Below are positions 1 to 9,908 of a DNA stretch of 64,000 nt, piece after piece. The stretch spans positions 102,501-166,500 of the forward strand of contig CAWJKE010000007.1 of assembly GCA_963843455.1 (NCBI GenBank). The letters run 5' to 3'. Every line of letters starts with the position of its first letter. Positions within the stretch are counted from its first letter, which is position 1. The notes under the pieces are model-generated. The model had not been told where the DNA came from. It did no database searches and saw only the letters and a program-made list of their open reading frames with translations. Source of the DNA: an uncultured Actinomycetota bacterium. Its GTDB lineage: Bacteria > Actinomycetota > Thermoleophilia > RBG-16-64-13. A program made the position numbers and the translations under genes.

Positions 1-921
1 GTCGCGGGCAGTGGGCGCAAGAACGCCGAGCACAGCGTAGAGGGAGGAGTACATCAGGTAGCCGAATAGGAAGTACGCGAGCGTCCAGGGGATCACTCGG
101 GCCGCGACCTCGCCGCTGATGTTCAAGTCGACACCGGCAAGGCTTCCCCTCCCTATGAGCACACCGAAGAAGACCGCCAACCAGACCGCCACCTGCAGCA
201 ACCCCACGACCGAGAGACCGGCCATCTTGCCCAGCATCAGACTCCGGGGGCTCAAGGTCACCAGCAGGACCTCGGCCGTACGGTTCTCCTTCTCCTTGGA
301 AACGCTCTGAAGCATGAAGCCGCTGGTCATCGCCAGGGCCAGGTAGAGGATGAACATCAGCAGGTAGGGGAGGAGGTAGGCAGCAGTTGGATCGTTGGGA
401 GCTCTGGCAGCGACGGGGGCCAGGGCTAACGACTCCAACCCGGGAGAGGGATCGACGAGCAGTGCTGCCAGCCTCTCGTCGCCGGTGATACCGGTGTTGA
501 TGACGTACGTGATCAGCTGGGTGCCGTCCACGGCTCGCAGGGGTTGGTACCGCGTCTCGACGACGGTCAACCGGCCCGATGCCACGTAGTCGCTGGGGAT
601 GAGGTAGTAGCGGCCGATCTCACCCCGAGCGAGGGCCGCTTGCGCCTGGGTTTCGTCTTTGTAGCTTCGCGCGAGGCCCGGCGGAAGGTCGGTGGGTAAG
701 GTGTGGAGTAGACCGGCCGGGTCCACGTAGCCGATCGGGCCGGTGCCGGCATCGACCCCGGGGGCCAAGGTCCCTTGATCCTGGCCGCCGGGGGAGAAGA
801 TCTGAGTGGCGAACACAACGAGAAGGAACGCGGCCGGCAGCAGCAAGGTAACGAGCCAGAACGACCTCCGGCCCAGGGTGGCGCGCAGCTCATATCTGGC
901 CGTCAGCCACACATGCCGCAT
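1..921 (-). CDS. ABC-2 family transporter permease (N-terminal ~300 aa; C-terminus beyond window edge)
   Basis: Minus-strand translation from ATG at 921 gives MRHVWLTARYELRATLGRRSFWLVTLLLPAAFLL... with an extracytoplasmic domain paralogous to the permease at 929-2119 and the motif LQSVSKEKENRTAEVLL typical of ABC-2 permeases. Absent from ORF track because no stop occurs before window edge. Confidence 0.7.
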   Translation of the reverse strand, partial: MRHVWLTARYELRATLGRRSFWLVTLLLPAAFLLVVFATQIFSPGGQDQGTLAPGVDAGTGPIGYVDPAGLLHTLPTDLPPGLARSYKDETQAQAALARGEIGRYYLIPSDYVASGRLTVVETRYQPLRAVDGTQLITYVINTGITGDERLAALLVDPSPGLESLALAPVAARAPNDPTAAYLLPYLLMFILYLALAMTSGFMLQSVSKEKENRTAEVLLVTLSPRSLMLGKMAGLSVVGLLQVAVWLAVFFGVLIGRGSLAGVDLNISGEVAARVIPWTLAYFLFGYLMYSSLYAVLGVLAPTARD

Positions 922-928
922 GGTGCGA

Positions 929-2119
929 TCACCCCCGCGCCCGGATGGCTTCGAAGACGCCTCGCAGAGTCATCCGTTGTCCGTAGCGCAGCATGCCCCG
1001 GCGGAACACCTTTGGTGCCGCCCAGAGGGCGAAGCCCGCGCAGCCGGCCAGGATCACCCAGCTCAGGATGAGTTGCCAGAGAGGTACCACGGTGGCGCCC
1101 CAGCGGATGGCGATGGTCAGCAGCGAGGTGGTGGGAAACAGGGTGAGCGCGACCATCAACGGTCCGTCCGGGTCGCTGCCGAGGAGCGGGGAGAAGAACA
1201 AAGGGAGCAGGAAGAGAATGCTGATGGCCCCTGCAAGCTGCTGCCCCTGGCGGGTGTCGGTCACCGCGACGCCCAGAGTGACGACCATGCCGGCTGCCAG
1301 AGTGAACAGAGGCACAAAGTAGAGCACAAGAACCGGGACCAGACCCCCGGAGATCTGCATCCCCCGAAGGGAGTCGACGAAGTTGGAGGCCACGGCGAGC
1401 CCGCCCAGCACCACCACAGCCCACAGGAACACCTGGGTGAGGGCCACACCCACCAAGCCGACCGCCTTGCCCGCTATGAGCTGCTCGGGCGAGACCGAAG
1501 TGGTCACGATCTCAATGGTGCGGCTCTCCTTTTCGTCGGCGACCGCCCGCACGAGGTAGCCTGCCGCGCTCATGAGGGCGAAAGAGATGAAGAGGCCCAG
1601 AGCGAAGGGCAGGATGATGCCGACGATGCCGCTGCCCTGCATCTCCCGGCTCCCGTCGGCAGAGCGGACCGCGAAGTCGCTGGGGCCGCTCAGCACCCGG
1701 TCGGCGACATCGGGCGCGAGCCCGGCGACCAGGTTGGCCCTGAGAAAGGAGTCGAAGCGGTTCTGTAACCGGGTCGCAGGCTGGCGGTCCCAATAGAGGA
1801 GCTGCGTCTTGCCCGAAGCCCGGTAGTCGGAAGAGATGACATAGAGGCCGCGCAACTTCCCGGCTTCCAGCTCCGCTCTCGCGGCATCGATGCTTGCGTA
1901 GGGGCGAAACCCCGGGTTCTCCCGGGCGGCGGCGAGCACTCCGCTCTGATCGACGTAGCCTACGGTGGTCGCGTCACCTCCGCTGGCGTCGCTTGCCAGG
2001 ATGCTCAGACCCATCATGGCGAGGATCAGCAGAGGTACGCCAAAGGTGGCCAGCAAGAAGCTGCGTCGGCGGACGTTCTTGAGGTACTCGCGGCGGGCGA
2101 TGAGGCGGAACTTACGCAC
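929..2119 (-). CDS. ABC-2 family transporter permease
   Basis: Multiple TM helices, KESRTIEIVTTS motif, follows ATPase gene on same strand. Start trimmed from ORF-track 2440 to in-frame GTG at 2119 (2 nt after the ATPase stop), because the long N-extension overlaps the ATPase gene and is Arg/Ser/Pro junk. Confidence 0.75.
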   Translation of the reverse strand: MRKFRLIARREYLKNVRRRSFLLATFGVPLLILAMMGLSILASDASGGDATTVGYVDQSGVLAAARENPGFRPYASIDAARAELEAGKLRGLYVISSDYRASGKTQLLYWDRQPATRLQNRFDSFLRANLVAGLAPDVADRVLSGPSDFAVRSADGSREMQGSGIVGIILPFALGLFISFALMSAAGYLVRAVADEKESRTIEIVTTSVSPEQLIAGKAVGLVGVALTQVFLWAVVVLGGLAVASNFVDSLRGMQISGGLVPVLVLYFVPLFTLAAGMVVTLGVAVTDTRQGQQLAGAISILFLLPLFFSPLLGSDPDGPLMVALTLFPTTSLLTIAIRWGATVVPLWQLILSWVILAGCAGFALWAAPKVFRRGMLRYGQRMTLRGVFEAIRARG

Positions 2120-3062
2120 CGTCGCCCACCGGCTTGTTCGTGCTCGCCGGGGTCGCCGGAGACGTACCGCCGGTGACCACCGTGATGAAGATGTCGTCCA
2201 GCGACGGCTCGGCCAGCTCGAAGCGCTCCACCTTGACCCCGGTGCGGGCGACCAGCGCCCTGAGCACCTCCTGCGGATCGGCTCCCGTCTCCAGCGACAG
2301 ACGCCACTCACCGTTTTCCTGCCGGGACTCAAGCACGTGAGGAAGTCCGGAGAGATCTCCCTCGGCCTGCAACACGACGGCGTTCGCGGCAAAGTCCCGC
2401 CTGATCTCGTCCACGCGTCCGTAGAGCACGGTGCGCCCATGATCGATGAGGACGATGCGGTCGCACAGGGCCTCCACCTGGTACATCTGGTGGGTGGACA
2501 TGATCACCGTCCGTCCGGCCTTCACCTGCTCCTGGATTATCTCTTCGATCAAGCGGGTGTTCACCGGGTCGAGCCCCGAGAAGGGCTCGTCCACGACGAT
2601 GAGATCGGGTTCGTGCATGAGCGCGGCGATGAGCTGGGCCTTCTGCTGCATCCCCTTGCTGAGCTCCTGGACCTTCTTGTGCCGGTGCTCGTAGAGGTCC
2701 ATGCGCTCCAGCCACGGCACCAGGCGGCTCTTGGCCTCGCCGTCACCCAACCCCTTGAGGGTGGCGAGGAAGACCAGTACCTGTTCGAGCGCAACATCCT
2801 TGTACAGGCCGCGGTCTTCGGGGAGGTACCCGATGCGGTCTTTGCTGACCTTGTCCGGGGTGGCGCCCAGTATCTCCACCGAGCCTGAATCGGGCTTGAA
2901 GATGTCGAGCATGACGCGGATGGTGGTGGTCTTGCCGGCGCCGTTCGGACCGAGAAGGCCGAACACCTGACCGGGCCCGACCTCGAACGATACGTCCTCC
3001 ACAGCCCGGGTGTCACCGAACGACTTGCTCAGATGCTCGACCACTACAGACGACATCGGCAT
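2112..3062 (-). CDS. ABC transporter ATP-binding protein
   Basis: Walker A GPNGAGKTT, signature LSKGMQQK, Walker B IVVDEPFSGLD; C-terminal extra domain. First gene of a 3-gene exporter operon. Confidence 0.9.
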   Translation of the reverse strand: MPMSSVVVEHLSKSFGDTRAVEDVSFEVGPGQVFGLLGPNGAGKTTTIRVMLDIFKPDSGSVEILGATPDKVSKDRIGYLPEDRGLYKDVALEQVLVFLATLKGLGDGEAKSRLVPWLERMDLYEHRHKKVQELSKGMQQKAQLIAALMHEPDLIVVDEPFSGLDPVNTRLIEEIIQEQVKAGRTVIMSTHQMYQVEALCDRIVLIDHGRTVLYGRVDEIRRDFAANAVVLQAEGDLSGLPHVLESRQENGEWRLSLETGADPQEVLRALVARTGVKVERFELAEPSLDDIFITVVTGGTSPATPASTNKPVGDGA

Positions 3063-3279
3063 GGCCTTCGCTCCTCCTGGGGCTACGTGAGAACAACCCG
3101 CGCTTCCATCATAGTGCGCAGCAGGCCGCCCGCACTATCCAAGTATCGGTGACAGCGTTGCCGGATAGACCCGGCAGGTGGGGAGTCTCCAACTGGTCGG
3201 CCAGGGGAGGATCACGGACTCCGTGCGATGATGAAGCGGTAAGAAATGGCGCCGCCGGCCGGTCCAAAAAGGAGGCAGC

Positions 3280-3795
3280 ATGCCCACTTCGATCCTGGTG
3301 GCCTACGCCACCCACGCCGGCTCGACGAAGGAAGTCGCTGAGGCGGTCGCCTCCACCCTGCGCGAAATCGGCCTCGCGGTGGATATCCAGCTCCTGCGCG
3401 ACGTGAAGAGCCTCGAGGGCTACCAGGCGGTGGTGATGGGGGCGCCGCTCTACATGTTCCGCTGGCACAAAGACGCCCTCCACTTCCTGAAGCGGCACCG
3501 CCAAGCTTTGGCGGATCGGCCCACGGCGGTCTTCGCACTTGGCCCTTTCAACGATGTGGAGAAGGAATGGACCGACGTGCGGGCGCAACTCGACAAGGCG
3601 CTGGCGAAGTTCCCGTGGTTCGCACCGCTGGCCGTGCAGGTATTCGGCGGCAAGTTCGATCCGGCCACACTCCGCCCGCCCTACAGCTTGCTGCCGGCCA
3701 TGAAGAGACTGCCGGTGTCGGATCTGCGGGACTGGGAGGCCATCGCGGGGTGGGCCAGGGAGTTGGCGACTACCCTCGGTTCGGACTCACGCTGA
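3280..3795 (+). CDS. flavodoxin-domain protein
   Basis: ILVAYATHAGSTKEVAEAVA... flavodoxin-like FMN-binding N-terminus, ~170 aa; GGAGG RBS upstream. Confidence 0.75.
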   Translation: MPTSILVAYATHAGSTKEVAEAVASTLREIGLAVDIQLLRDVKSLEGYQAVVMGAPLYMFRWHKDALHFLKRHRQALADRPTAVFALGPFNDVEKEWTDVRAQLDKALAKFPWFAPLAVQVFGGKFDPATLRPPYSLLPAMKRLPVSDLRDWEAIAGWARELATTLGSDSR

Positions 3796-3803
3796 TCCTT
3801 CAG

Positions 3804-4265
3804 ATGAAGAGGCGACTACTCGCGGCCGCCATCCTCATGGTGGCCCTCAGTGGGGTCATGCTCTGCGGCTGCGCCACAGCCGCCCAACCGGCGGCGACCT
3901 CCGCAGACAGCACGGCCCCGTCCGCCAGCGCGGGGGACGCCGTCCTGGCGCGCGCGTTTGCCGAACGCGCCACCGGTCTAGAGGTCGAGGGCCAGGGAAC
4001 GGTGACCAAGCTGCTCGCCGACGACACCGAGGGAGACAGGCATCAGCGGTTCATCGTCCAACTGGCCTCCGGCCAGACCCTCTTGGTGACGCACAACATC
4101 GACGTTGCTCGGCGAGTCGATCCGCTGCCGGTCGGCGACACGGTCTCGTTCAAGGGCGAGTACAAGTGGAACGCACAGGGCGGCCTCATACACTGGACGC
4201 ATCACGACCCCAACGGCAGTCACGCCGCCGGCTGGATCAAACACAACGGCCGGACGTACCAGTGA
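3804..4265 (+). CDS. DUF3465-family lipoprotein
   Basis: Signal peptide plus lipobox (LCGCATA), C-terminal HWTHHDPNGSHAAGWIKHNG motif. Start moved from 3567 to ATG 3804, since upstream part overlaps the flavodoxin gene. Confidence 0.55.
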   Translation: MKRRLLAAAILMVALSGVMLCGCATAAQPAATSADSTAPSASAGDAVLARAFAERATGLEVEGQGTVTKLLADDTEGDRHQRFIVQLASGQTLLVTHNIDVARRVDPLPVGDTVSFKGEYKWNAQGGLIHWTHHDPNGSHAAGWIKHNGRTYQ

Positions 4266-4273
4266 GGTCTTTG

Positions 4274-5218
4274 TCAGCGACCGGCTTTTGGGCGCCGTGT
4301 GAGCCGGTTCACGAGCAGGTAGATCAAGGTCCCCAGTATCGCCAGGAACGCCACCGCCGCCCAGCCGAGGCCCAGTAGCACCACGATCGCGCCTGTCGGA
4401 AGGCCCACCGGCCCGTCCGGCGGCAGGCGGCGAGTGGTGCTGGTGCTGGTCAGAGTAGTCGTCGTGGTCACCGAAAGCCCGGCCTGCTCCAGAAGGGGCT
4501 GCCACCGGGTCCTCTCGAGACCCACATCGAAGGGCATCGGATACTGCACGCCGCCGGAGCCCACCGTGAGGGTCTGACCGGCCGTGGCCGGAACTCGCGC
4601 GTCGCCGGCCGCGGGAAGCACCTTCACCGGTCCGTCGAGGACCTTCACCACCGAGGCGTCTTGCGACGCGCCGAAGCTGAAGCTACCCGCCTCCAGGGCC
4701 GACACGGTCGCGTGGGGTAGAGCGATCGCGTCACGCTGGTTCAGGGTCACGTAGTCGAAGCGCACCCACGCCTCTCCCGCAAGCACGGCCAACCGTAACT
4801 TCGCTCCCGGCGGCAGGATCTGGATGGTCGTGCCCGGCTTCACGGCCGCCACACTGTGGTCTTCGAAGGCGAGGACACAACCGCCGTTGGGGCCCGTTCT
4901 AAGGAGTGATTCTCGAGGGAGCCTAGATCCCAACGACGGAGTTGCCCAGGTGACTCCTCCGTCGGTGCTGTGCTCCACCTGCCCGGACATGAAGCCGACC
5001 AGAGGGGGGACCTCGCGGATATTCGGCTCCGGAGACCATGCGTGGGCGGCGCCGGCCCCTGCGAGGGCCGGCCAGGCGACCAGGCAGAGGCCGACGACCA
5101 GCAAGGCTCGCGAGAGGCGCGGGTTCCGAAAACGCCGGTGTCGGAAGAGCGGCTGCGTTGCCCTTGCCTCCTGCGTATCCGAAGCGATGGTCACCTGAGG
5201 GCAAGTGACTTCTTTCAA
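4274..5218 (-). CDS. FecR-domain protein with C-terminal membrane anchor
   Basis: Central region (ILPPGAKLRLAVLAGEAWVRFD...) resembles FecR sensor domain; poly-Thr linker; C-terminal TM helix. Confidence 0.45.
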   Translation of the reverse strand: MKEVTCPQVTIASDTQEARATQPLFRHRRFRNPRLSRALLVVGLCLVAWPALAGAGAAHAWSPEPNIREVPPLVGFMSGQVEHSTDGGVTWATPSLGSRLPRESLLRTGPNGGCVLAFEDHSVAAVKPGTTIQILPPGAKLRLAVLAGEAWVRFDYVTLNQRDAIALPHATVSALEAGSFSFGASQDASVVKVLDGPVKVLPAAGDARVPATAGQTLTVGSGGVQYPMPFDVGLERTRWQPLLEQAGLSVTTTTTLTSTSTTRRLPPDGPVGLPTGAIVVLLGLGWAAVAFLAILGTLIYLLVNRLTRRPKAGR

Positions 5219-5386
5219 CGATAGTGAGTCCGACCGGCAAGACTGTCAAGGTTGGGGTTGGCGGCTGGCCGGGTCTAGCATCAATGCGTTCGGGGGCAGC
5301 TGTCGGCCTCAAGCACCTAACCTCGAGCGCCGATAGGGGACACGTAAGTCTCTGGCCCAGCTGGGCCTCCATACTCGAGGTGGCTG

Positions 5387-6367
5387 ATGTTGCGGCGTCG
5401 GGTTCTCATCCTGGTTCTTGGGGTGCTCGTTGCGTTCCTGGTGGCCGGCATGCTCGCTCCGGTGGCCTTGGCCGGACGGATGGCCGTCCCCGTTTGGAAG
5501 CAGAGCGACTCCCGCTGGGCCAGTCTCCACCTCGGCAGCAGCTCTTACACCATGTCCGGCTCTGGCTGCGCCGTCACGGCATGTGCCATGGTGGCCTCAT
5601 ACTTCGGCTCCTCCAAGGATCCGGGCGGGCTCTGCAAGGCGCTCAGCTCCGCTGGGGGGTTCACATCCGGCGGGGCCATCTACTGGCAGAGCGTGCCTAA
5701 GGCCGCGGGGGGCACCATCAGCTATGTCGGCCGCTGGGACTCCTGCTCTCTCACCCGGATCAACCAAGAACTGGACTCCGGCTATCCGGTGATAGTCCAG
5801 GTGAGCCTGAAGGGATCCACTCACTTCGTGGTCTTGACCGGCCGCGACGGCTCCACCTACTACATCAACGATCCCGGCTACGGCGACCAGACCACCCTCA
5901 ACGCACGCTATGGCACGCCGAGCACGGCCATCAAGGGGTTCCGCGTCTACCGCGGCACCCACGCGGCTCCCCCGCCACCAAGCCCGTACACCCGCTACCA
6001 GCAGACCGACTCCCACCTGGTGTATGCGGGAACCTGGTACACGTTCTCGACGAGCGGTCCCTCCGGTGGCAGCTACAAGCGGGCCGACACCAGCGGAGCC
6101 TCGGTCACGGCGACGTTCACCGGCACCTACCTGGCCTGGATCGCCACCGCGGGGACCACCCTGAGCAAGGCCTATGTGTCTTTGGACGGCGGGACCCCCG
6201 TCAATATCAACCTCGCGAGGACCGCGGTGGCCTATCAGCAGAAGGTGTGGAACACCGGTACCCTCGCCACGGGCAAACACACCGTCAAGATCTGGTGGGA
6301 CCTGGCCAATGCAGCCGGCAAGTTCATCAGCATCGATGCTTTCGACCTGCTGGGAGCTCTCAACTGA
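5387..6367 (+). CDS. secreted peptidase C39-like cysteine peptidase with C-terminal beta-rich module
   Basis: Signal peptide. Cys motif (GSGCAVTACAMVASYFG), His (THFVVLTG) and NDP as in C39-like/BtrH-like peptidases. C-terminal ~95 aa module (SGGSYKRADTSGASVTATFTGTYLAWIA...VSLDGGTPVNINL...GKHTVKIWW) is homologous to the four repeats in 36970-38868. Confidence 0.6.
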   Translation: MLRRRVLILVLGVLVAFLVAGMLAPVALAGRMAVPVWKQSDSRWASLHLGSSSYTMSGSGCAVTACAMVASYFGSSKDPGGLCKALSSAGGFTSGGAIYWQSVPKAAGGTISYVGRWDSCSLTRINQELDSGYPVIVQVSLKGSTHFVVLTGRDGSTYYINDPGYGDQTTLNARYGTPSTAIKGFRVYRGTHAAPPPPSPYTRYQQTDSHLVYAGTWYTFSTSGPSGGSYKRADTSGASVTATFTGTYLAWIATAGTTLSKAYVSLDGGTPVNINLARTAVAYQQKVWNTGTLATGKHTVKIWWDLANAAGKFISIDAFDLLGALN

Positions 6368-6608
6368 CCTAACGCCGGTTACCGCGCCGTTTAGGAATGT
6401 CGAACCGGAGGAATACGCCCACTGTGAGTCCCAAGAGGTAGCGCGTCCCGATCAGTCGAGACCGGCGCGGCGAGCATCCGCAAGAAAGCGGAATCCGCAC
6501 GACAAGCGGCGCAAGCCAGTCGGTTGCTGTAGTCGAGAGGGAAAAGCGGGTCAGTTGGGGCTCACTTTCTAGTGCTTGTCTCAGCCAACACGCATCGGGA
6601 GGTGCCTC

Positions 6609-6929
6609 ATGAGGTTCTTGGTGGTCACAAAGCAGACGGCTCCCATGCCCCCGGAGATGGTGCCGGGTCTGTTTGCAGCCATGAAGGCGTTCAGCGCGCG
6701 CTACACGGAGGCGGGCAAGATAGAACAGTCGTGGAGCTTCGCGGGTCTGCAAGGAGGCGGGGCCATCCTTGATGTCGGCTCTCTGGACGAACTCGATGAG
6801 ATCATGGCAGAGTTCCCCTTGGGACCCTTTTCGAAAATAAAGATCTATGGTCTGGTGCACCTGGATACATCGGTCGACCACGTCACGAAGGCGTTTGACG
6901 CCATGATGGGCGGCGGGGCCCAGCACTGA
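6609..6929 (+). CDS. muconolactone delta-isomerase family protein
   Basis: MRFLVVTKQTAPMPPEMVPGLFAA...DELDEIMAEFPL ~105 aa, fold and length of muconolactone isomerase family. Start chosen at ATG 6609, which has a GGGAGG RBS. Confidence 0.5.
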   Translation: MRFLVVTKQTAPMPPEMVPGLFAAMKAFSARYTEAGKIEQSWSFAGLQGGGAILDVGSLDELDEIMAEFPLGPFSKIKIYGLVHLDTSVDHVTKAFDAMMGGGAQH

Positions 6930-7038
6930 CCGCCGGCTACCACGACCACCAGCCCCCGCTCGAGTGACCGGGCGGGGGCTTTTTCCTGGCCGGGGAACAA
7001 TTCGAGCGACTTGTTGTCAAACGCCCGGGAGGAACGTC

Positions 7039-7704
7039 ATGGACTTACGCGAAGTGCTTGCCCTCAGACACTCCAGCCGCGCCTTCAAGCAGAAGGCCGT
7101 GCCCCGCGACGTGCTGGTGCGAATCGTGGAGGCCGCCACGCGCGCCCCCTCCTGGGGAAATACGCAGCCGTGGGAGATCTTTGTCGCGGTCGGAGACACA
7201 ATGAACGCCATCCGCGCTGCATACCTCGGGAACTTGCAGAACCAGGTCGCGCCGAATCCCGAGTACGGCCCGATCGAGGCCTGGCCCGAGCACGTCCTCC
7301 AGAGGTACACGGAAAGGGTGGCCGCGATTTGCGCCTATCTCGGAGTGGACCCGGCGGACCCGGCCGGTCAGAAAGCAGCCGCCGAGGGGCAGATGGCCTT
7401 CTTCGGGGCTCCGGCGGCCATCTTCCTCTGCAGCCATCCTGGACTCGAGCCTTGGTCTCTGTTCGACCTGGGCCTGGTTGCTCAGGGCATCATGCTGGGA
7501 GCCGTTGAGGAGGGCCTGAGCACGATCCCGGCATACTCGTCCGTCTCCTACCCAGACGTTCTTAGGCAGCAGCTTGAAATCCCGGGGGAGTACAAGATCG
7601 TTCTGGGGATACCGATAGGCTACGAGGATGAGGACAGCCCTGTGAACGCGTGCCGGAGCGAGCGTCGGCCCATCGACGAGGTGCTCAGAATCAAGGGGGC
7701 GTAG
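7039..7704 (+). CDS. nitroreductase family protein
   Basis: LALRHSSRAFKQKAVPRDVLVRIVEAATRAPSWGNTQPWEIFV - classic nitroreductase N-terminal motif. Start at ATG 7039. Confidence 0.8.
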   Translation: MDLREVLALRHSSRAFKQKAVPRDVLVRIVEAATRAPSWGNTQPWEIFVAVGDTMNAIRAAYLGNLQNQVAPNPEYGPIEAWPEHVLQRYTERVAAICAYLGVDPADPAGQKAAAEGQMAFFGAPAAIFLCSHPGLEPWSLFDLGLVAQGIMLGAVEEGLSTIPAYSSVSYPDVLRQQLEIPGEYKIVLGIPIGYEDEDSPVNACRSERRPIDEVLRIKGA

Positions 7705-7745
7705 CTCAGACTGCGTGTTTCAACGACGGCCGGGGGGCGTAGCGC

Positions 7746-8207
7746 TCACTCACTCGACCTCTCCACCCGGGCCAGTTCCGCCTCGTCGCCCTGCTGCTCA
7801 TAGGCCTCGGACATGAGCGGCGAGGAGATCAAGAAGTCGGCGGTAGAGCGGTTACAGGCGATGGGGACGTTGTAGACGACGGCGATGCGCAGCAGCGCCT
7901 TCACGTCCACGTCATGCGGGTGCGGCTCGAGCGGATCCCAGAAGAAGATGACCGCGTCGACTTCTCCTTCGGCGATCTTGGCTCCGATCTGCTGGTCGCC
8001 GCCCAGAGGACCGCTCCTGAGTTTCTTGATGCGAAGTCCGAGTTCGCGCTCGAGAAGCCCGCCCGTGGTGCCGGTGGCAAACAGCCTGTGGGCGGCCAAA
8101 GTGTCCCGGTTAAAGCGGGTCCAGTCGAGCAGATCCTCCTTCTTATTGTCGTGGGCGATAAGGGCGATGGTCTTTCGCGCGCCCGGTGGAATTCGTTTGG
8201 GACTCAT
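7746..8207 (-). CDS. mgsA: methylglyoxal synthase
   Basis: [19 protein letters not shown]...ATGTTGGLL...[11 protein letters not shown]...VIFFWDPL...PHDVDV - full MgsA motif set, ~153 aa. Start trimmed to the in-frame ATG (residue 112 of ORF-track ORF). Confidence 0.85.
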   Translation of the reverse strand: MSPKRIPPGARKTIALIAHDNKKEDLLDWTRFNRDTLAAHRLFATGTTGGLLERELGLRIKKLRSGPLGGDQQIGAKIAEGEVDAVIFFWDPLEPHPHDVDVKALLRIAVVYNVPIACNRSTADFLISSPLMSEAYEQQGDEAELARVERSSE

Positions 8208-8412
8208 ACGGTTGTACACCTCGGGGGTCAGTGTTGTGTTGGAGGGGAGGAGGCGGCGGAAGAATTGCCTCTGTCTGTTCAACGCGAAGGGGGAGCCGGT
8301 GGTTCCCGCCCGGCCGCCACGGGACGGGTACGCGGTCGCGGTGACCGGCCGGCAGGGCCGGGCAAACCCCGGGGGAGGGGAAGAAGGAACGTTATCTTGG
8401 ATCAGGGCGCGA

Positions 8413-8643
8413 CTAAGCGCCGTCGACGGCCGCCAGCCCCTTGTCGGTGATGCGGATCCAGATGTTGCTGAGCAACGGATCCCACGCCACCAGGCCCTGG
8501 CGGGCCAACTCGGCCACCTGGGCCCGCACCGTGGCGGCATCGAGCCCCAAGGACTGCTGCAGTTCGGGGCCGCTCACCTCTGCGTCCGGGTTGGCCCGGT
8601 GGGCGGTGGCGAGGTAGGAGAGGATGGAGGCAGCAGGCGGCAC
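8413..8643 (-). CDS. small hypothetical protein (possible winged-helix DNA-binding)
   Basis: 76-aa ORF upstream of mgsA on same strand; helix-rich ([12 protein letters not shown]). No recognisable family; weak evidence. Confidence 0.3.
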   Translation of the reverse strand: MPPAASILSYLATAHRANPDAEVSGPELQQSLGLDAATVRAQVAELARQGLVAWDPLLSNIWIRITDKGLAAVDGA

Positions 8644-8717
8644 GACCGACCCCCGAAACCCGGAGACTGTTAAGCTACGTCAGACAACGATTATAGACGT
8701 AGGGTCTGAGGGGCAGG

Positions 8718-9908
8718 TTGATGACAAAGCTGAACAGCGTCCAGCGCGCGCGCGGAGGTCGGAGCGGCCTGCAGAAGTTCATCCTGGCCGCGTCCGCGGT
8801 CCTCGTCCTGGGCGGTGCGGTGGCCGTCACGGGCTGCGGCGGCTCCCAGGGCACCGCGAAGACGACGACCACTCACAAACCCGCTACCACCACCTCGACC
8901 ACTCTCAGCCTGGAACAGATACTCGCCCGTCGGGATCAGTCCTACCGGCCCCTCAAGGGTCTGTATCTGACCGCCAGCTCCGCCGCCAACCCCACGGTGC
9001 TGGCCAACCTCATCAAGATCGCCGACGATACCGAGATCAACGCGTTCGTGGTGGACGTCAAGGACAACTCGGGCTACGTGGCGTACGACAGCGGCTCGCC
9101 TCTCGCCAAGAGCCTGGGCCTTATCAAGCCCCGGATCAAGGACATCGACGGCCTCATCGCCACGCTCAAAGAGCACGACATCACGCCCATCGCCCGTGTC
9201 GTCTGCTTCCAGGACTCGGTGCTGGCGAAGAAGCGGCCCGATCTGGCCGTCAAGAGCAAGAAGACCGGCAATAACTTCCTGGACAACAAGAAGGCCATGT
9301 ACACCAACCCCTATAAAAAGCAGGTGTGGGAGTACTTGGTGCAGGTGGCCGAGGACGCCGCCAAGCACGGTTTTCGCGAGATCCAGTTCGACTACGTGCG
9401 CTTCCCCAGTGGGGGGGTGAAGGATGCCGTCTATCCGGGGGCAGGTACCATGCCCAAAGAAGATGCCATAGCGGGGTTTCTCGCCTACGCCCGGCCGCGG
9501 CTGCAGAAGCTGGGGGTGTGGGTGTCGGCCGACGTGTTTGGGGTGATCCTGCAGGTTAAGGATGACGCCGCCATCGGGCAGAGGCTCGAGAAAATGGCGT
9601 CCAACGTAGACATCGTCTGTCCCATGATCTACCCGTCGCACTATGCGAAGGGGAACTACGGGTTCACCAACCCCAATGCCCATCCCTACGAGGTCATGAG
9701 TGGTGCCCTGGAGCAGATGAATACCAGGATGGTGGGCACGGGCGCGAAGGGCCGGCCGTGGCTCCAGGACTTCACCTTAGGAAAGCCGGCCTACGGCGTT
9801 GCCGAGGTGAAGGCTCAGATCAAGGCGGTCAAGGATCAGGGCCTCGACGAATGGATCCTCTGGAACGCCAGCAACAAGTACACGGTGGGGGCGCTCGGGC
9901 CCGAGTAG
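8718..9908 (+). CDS. lipoprotein, putative glycoside-hydrolase-like (TIM-barrel, DUF4015/GHL-type)
   Basis: Lipobox VTGCGG, Thr-rich linker, conserved EIQFDYVRFP and CPMIYPSHY motifs typical of putative glycosyl-hydrolase-like lipoproteins. Confidence 0.5.
   Translation: MMTKLNSVQRARGGRSGLQKFILAASAVLVLGGAVAVTGCGGSQGTAKTTTTHKPATTTSTTLSLEQILARRDQSYRPLKGLYLTASSAANPTVLANLIKIADDTEINAFVVDVKDNSGYVAYDSGSPLAKSLGLIKPRIKDIDGLIATLKEHDITPIARVVCFQDSVLAKKRPDLAVKSKKTGNNFLDNKKAMYTNPYKKQVWEYLVQVAEDAAKHGFREIQFDYVRFPSGGVKDAVYPGAGTMPKEDAIAGFLAYARPRLQKLGVWVSADVFGVILQVKDDAAIGQRLEKMASNVDIVCPMIYPSHYAKGNYGFTNPNAHPYEVMSGALEQMNTRMVGTGAKGRPWLQDFTLGKPAYGVAEVKAQIKAVKDQGLDEWILWNASNKYTVGALGPE

Noticed and set aside
567-893. 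108-aa minus-strand ORF and other short ORFs in 1-900
   Set aside because: They are out-of-frame pieces. The real gene here is the permease read in another minus frame from ATG 921, which has no stop within the window.
2120-2440. Long N-terminal extension of the permease ORF (start at 2440)
   Set aside because: Would overlap the upstream ATPase gene by >300 nt and encodes Arg/Ser/Pro/Trp-rich sequence. In-frame GTG at 2119 gives the expected permease N-terminus.
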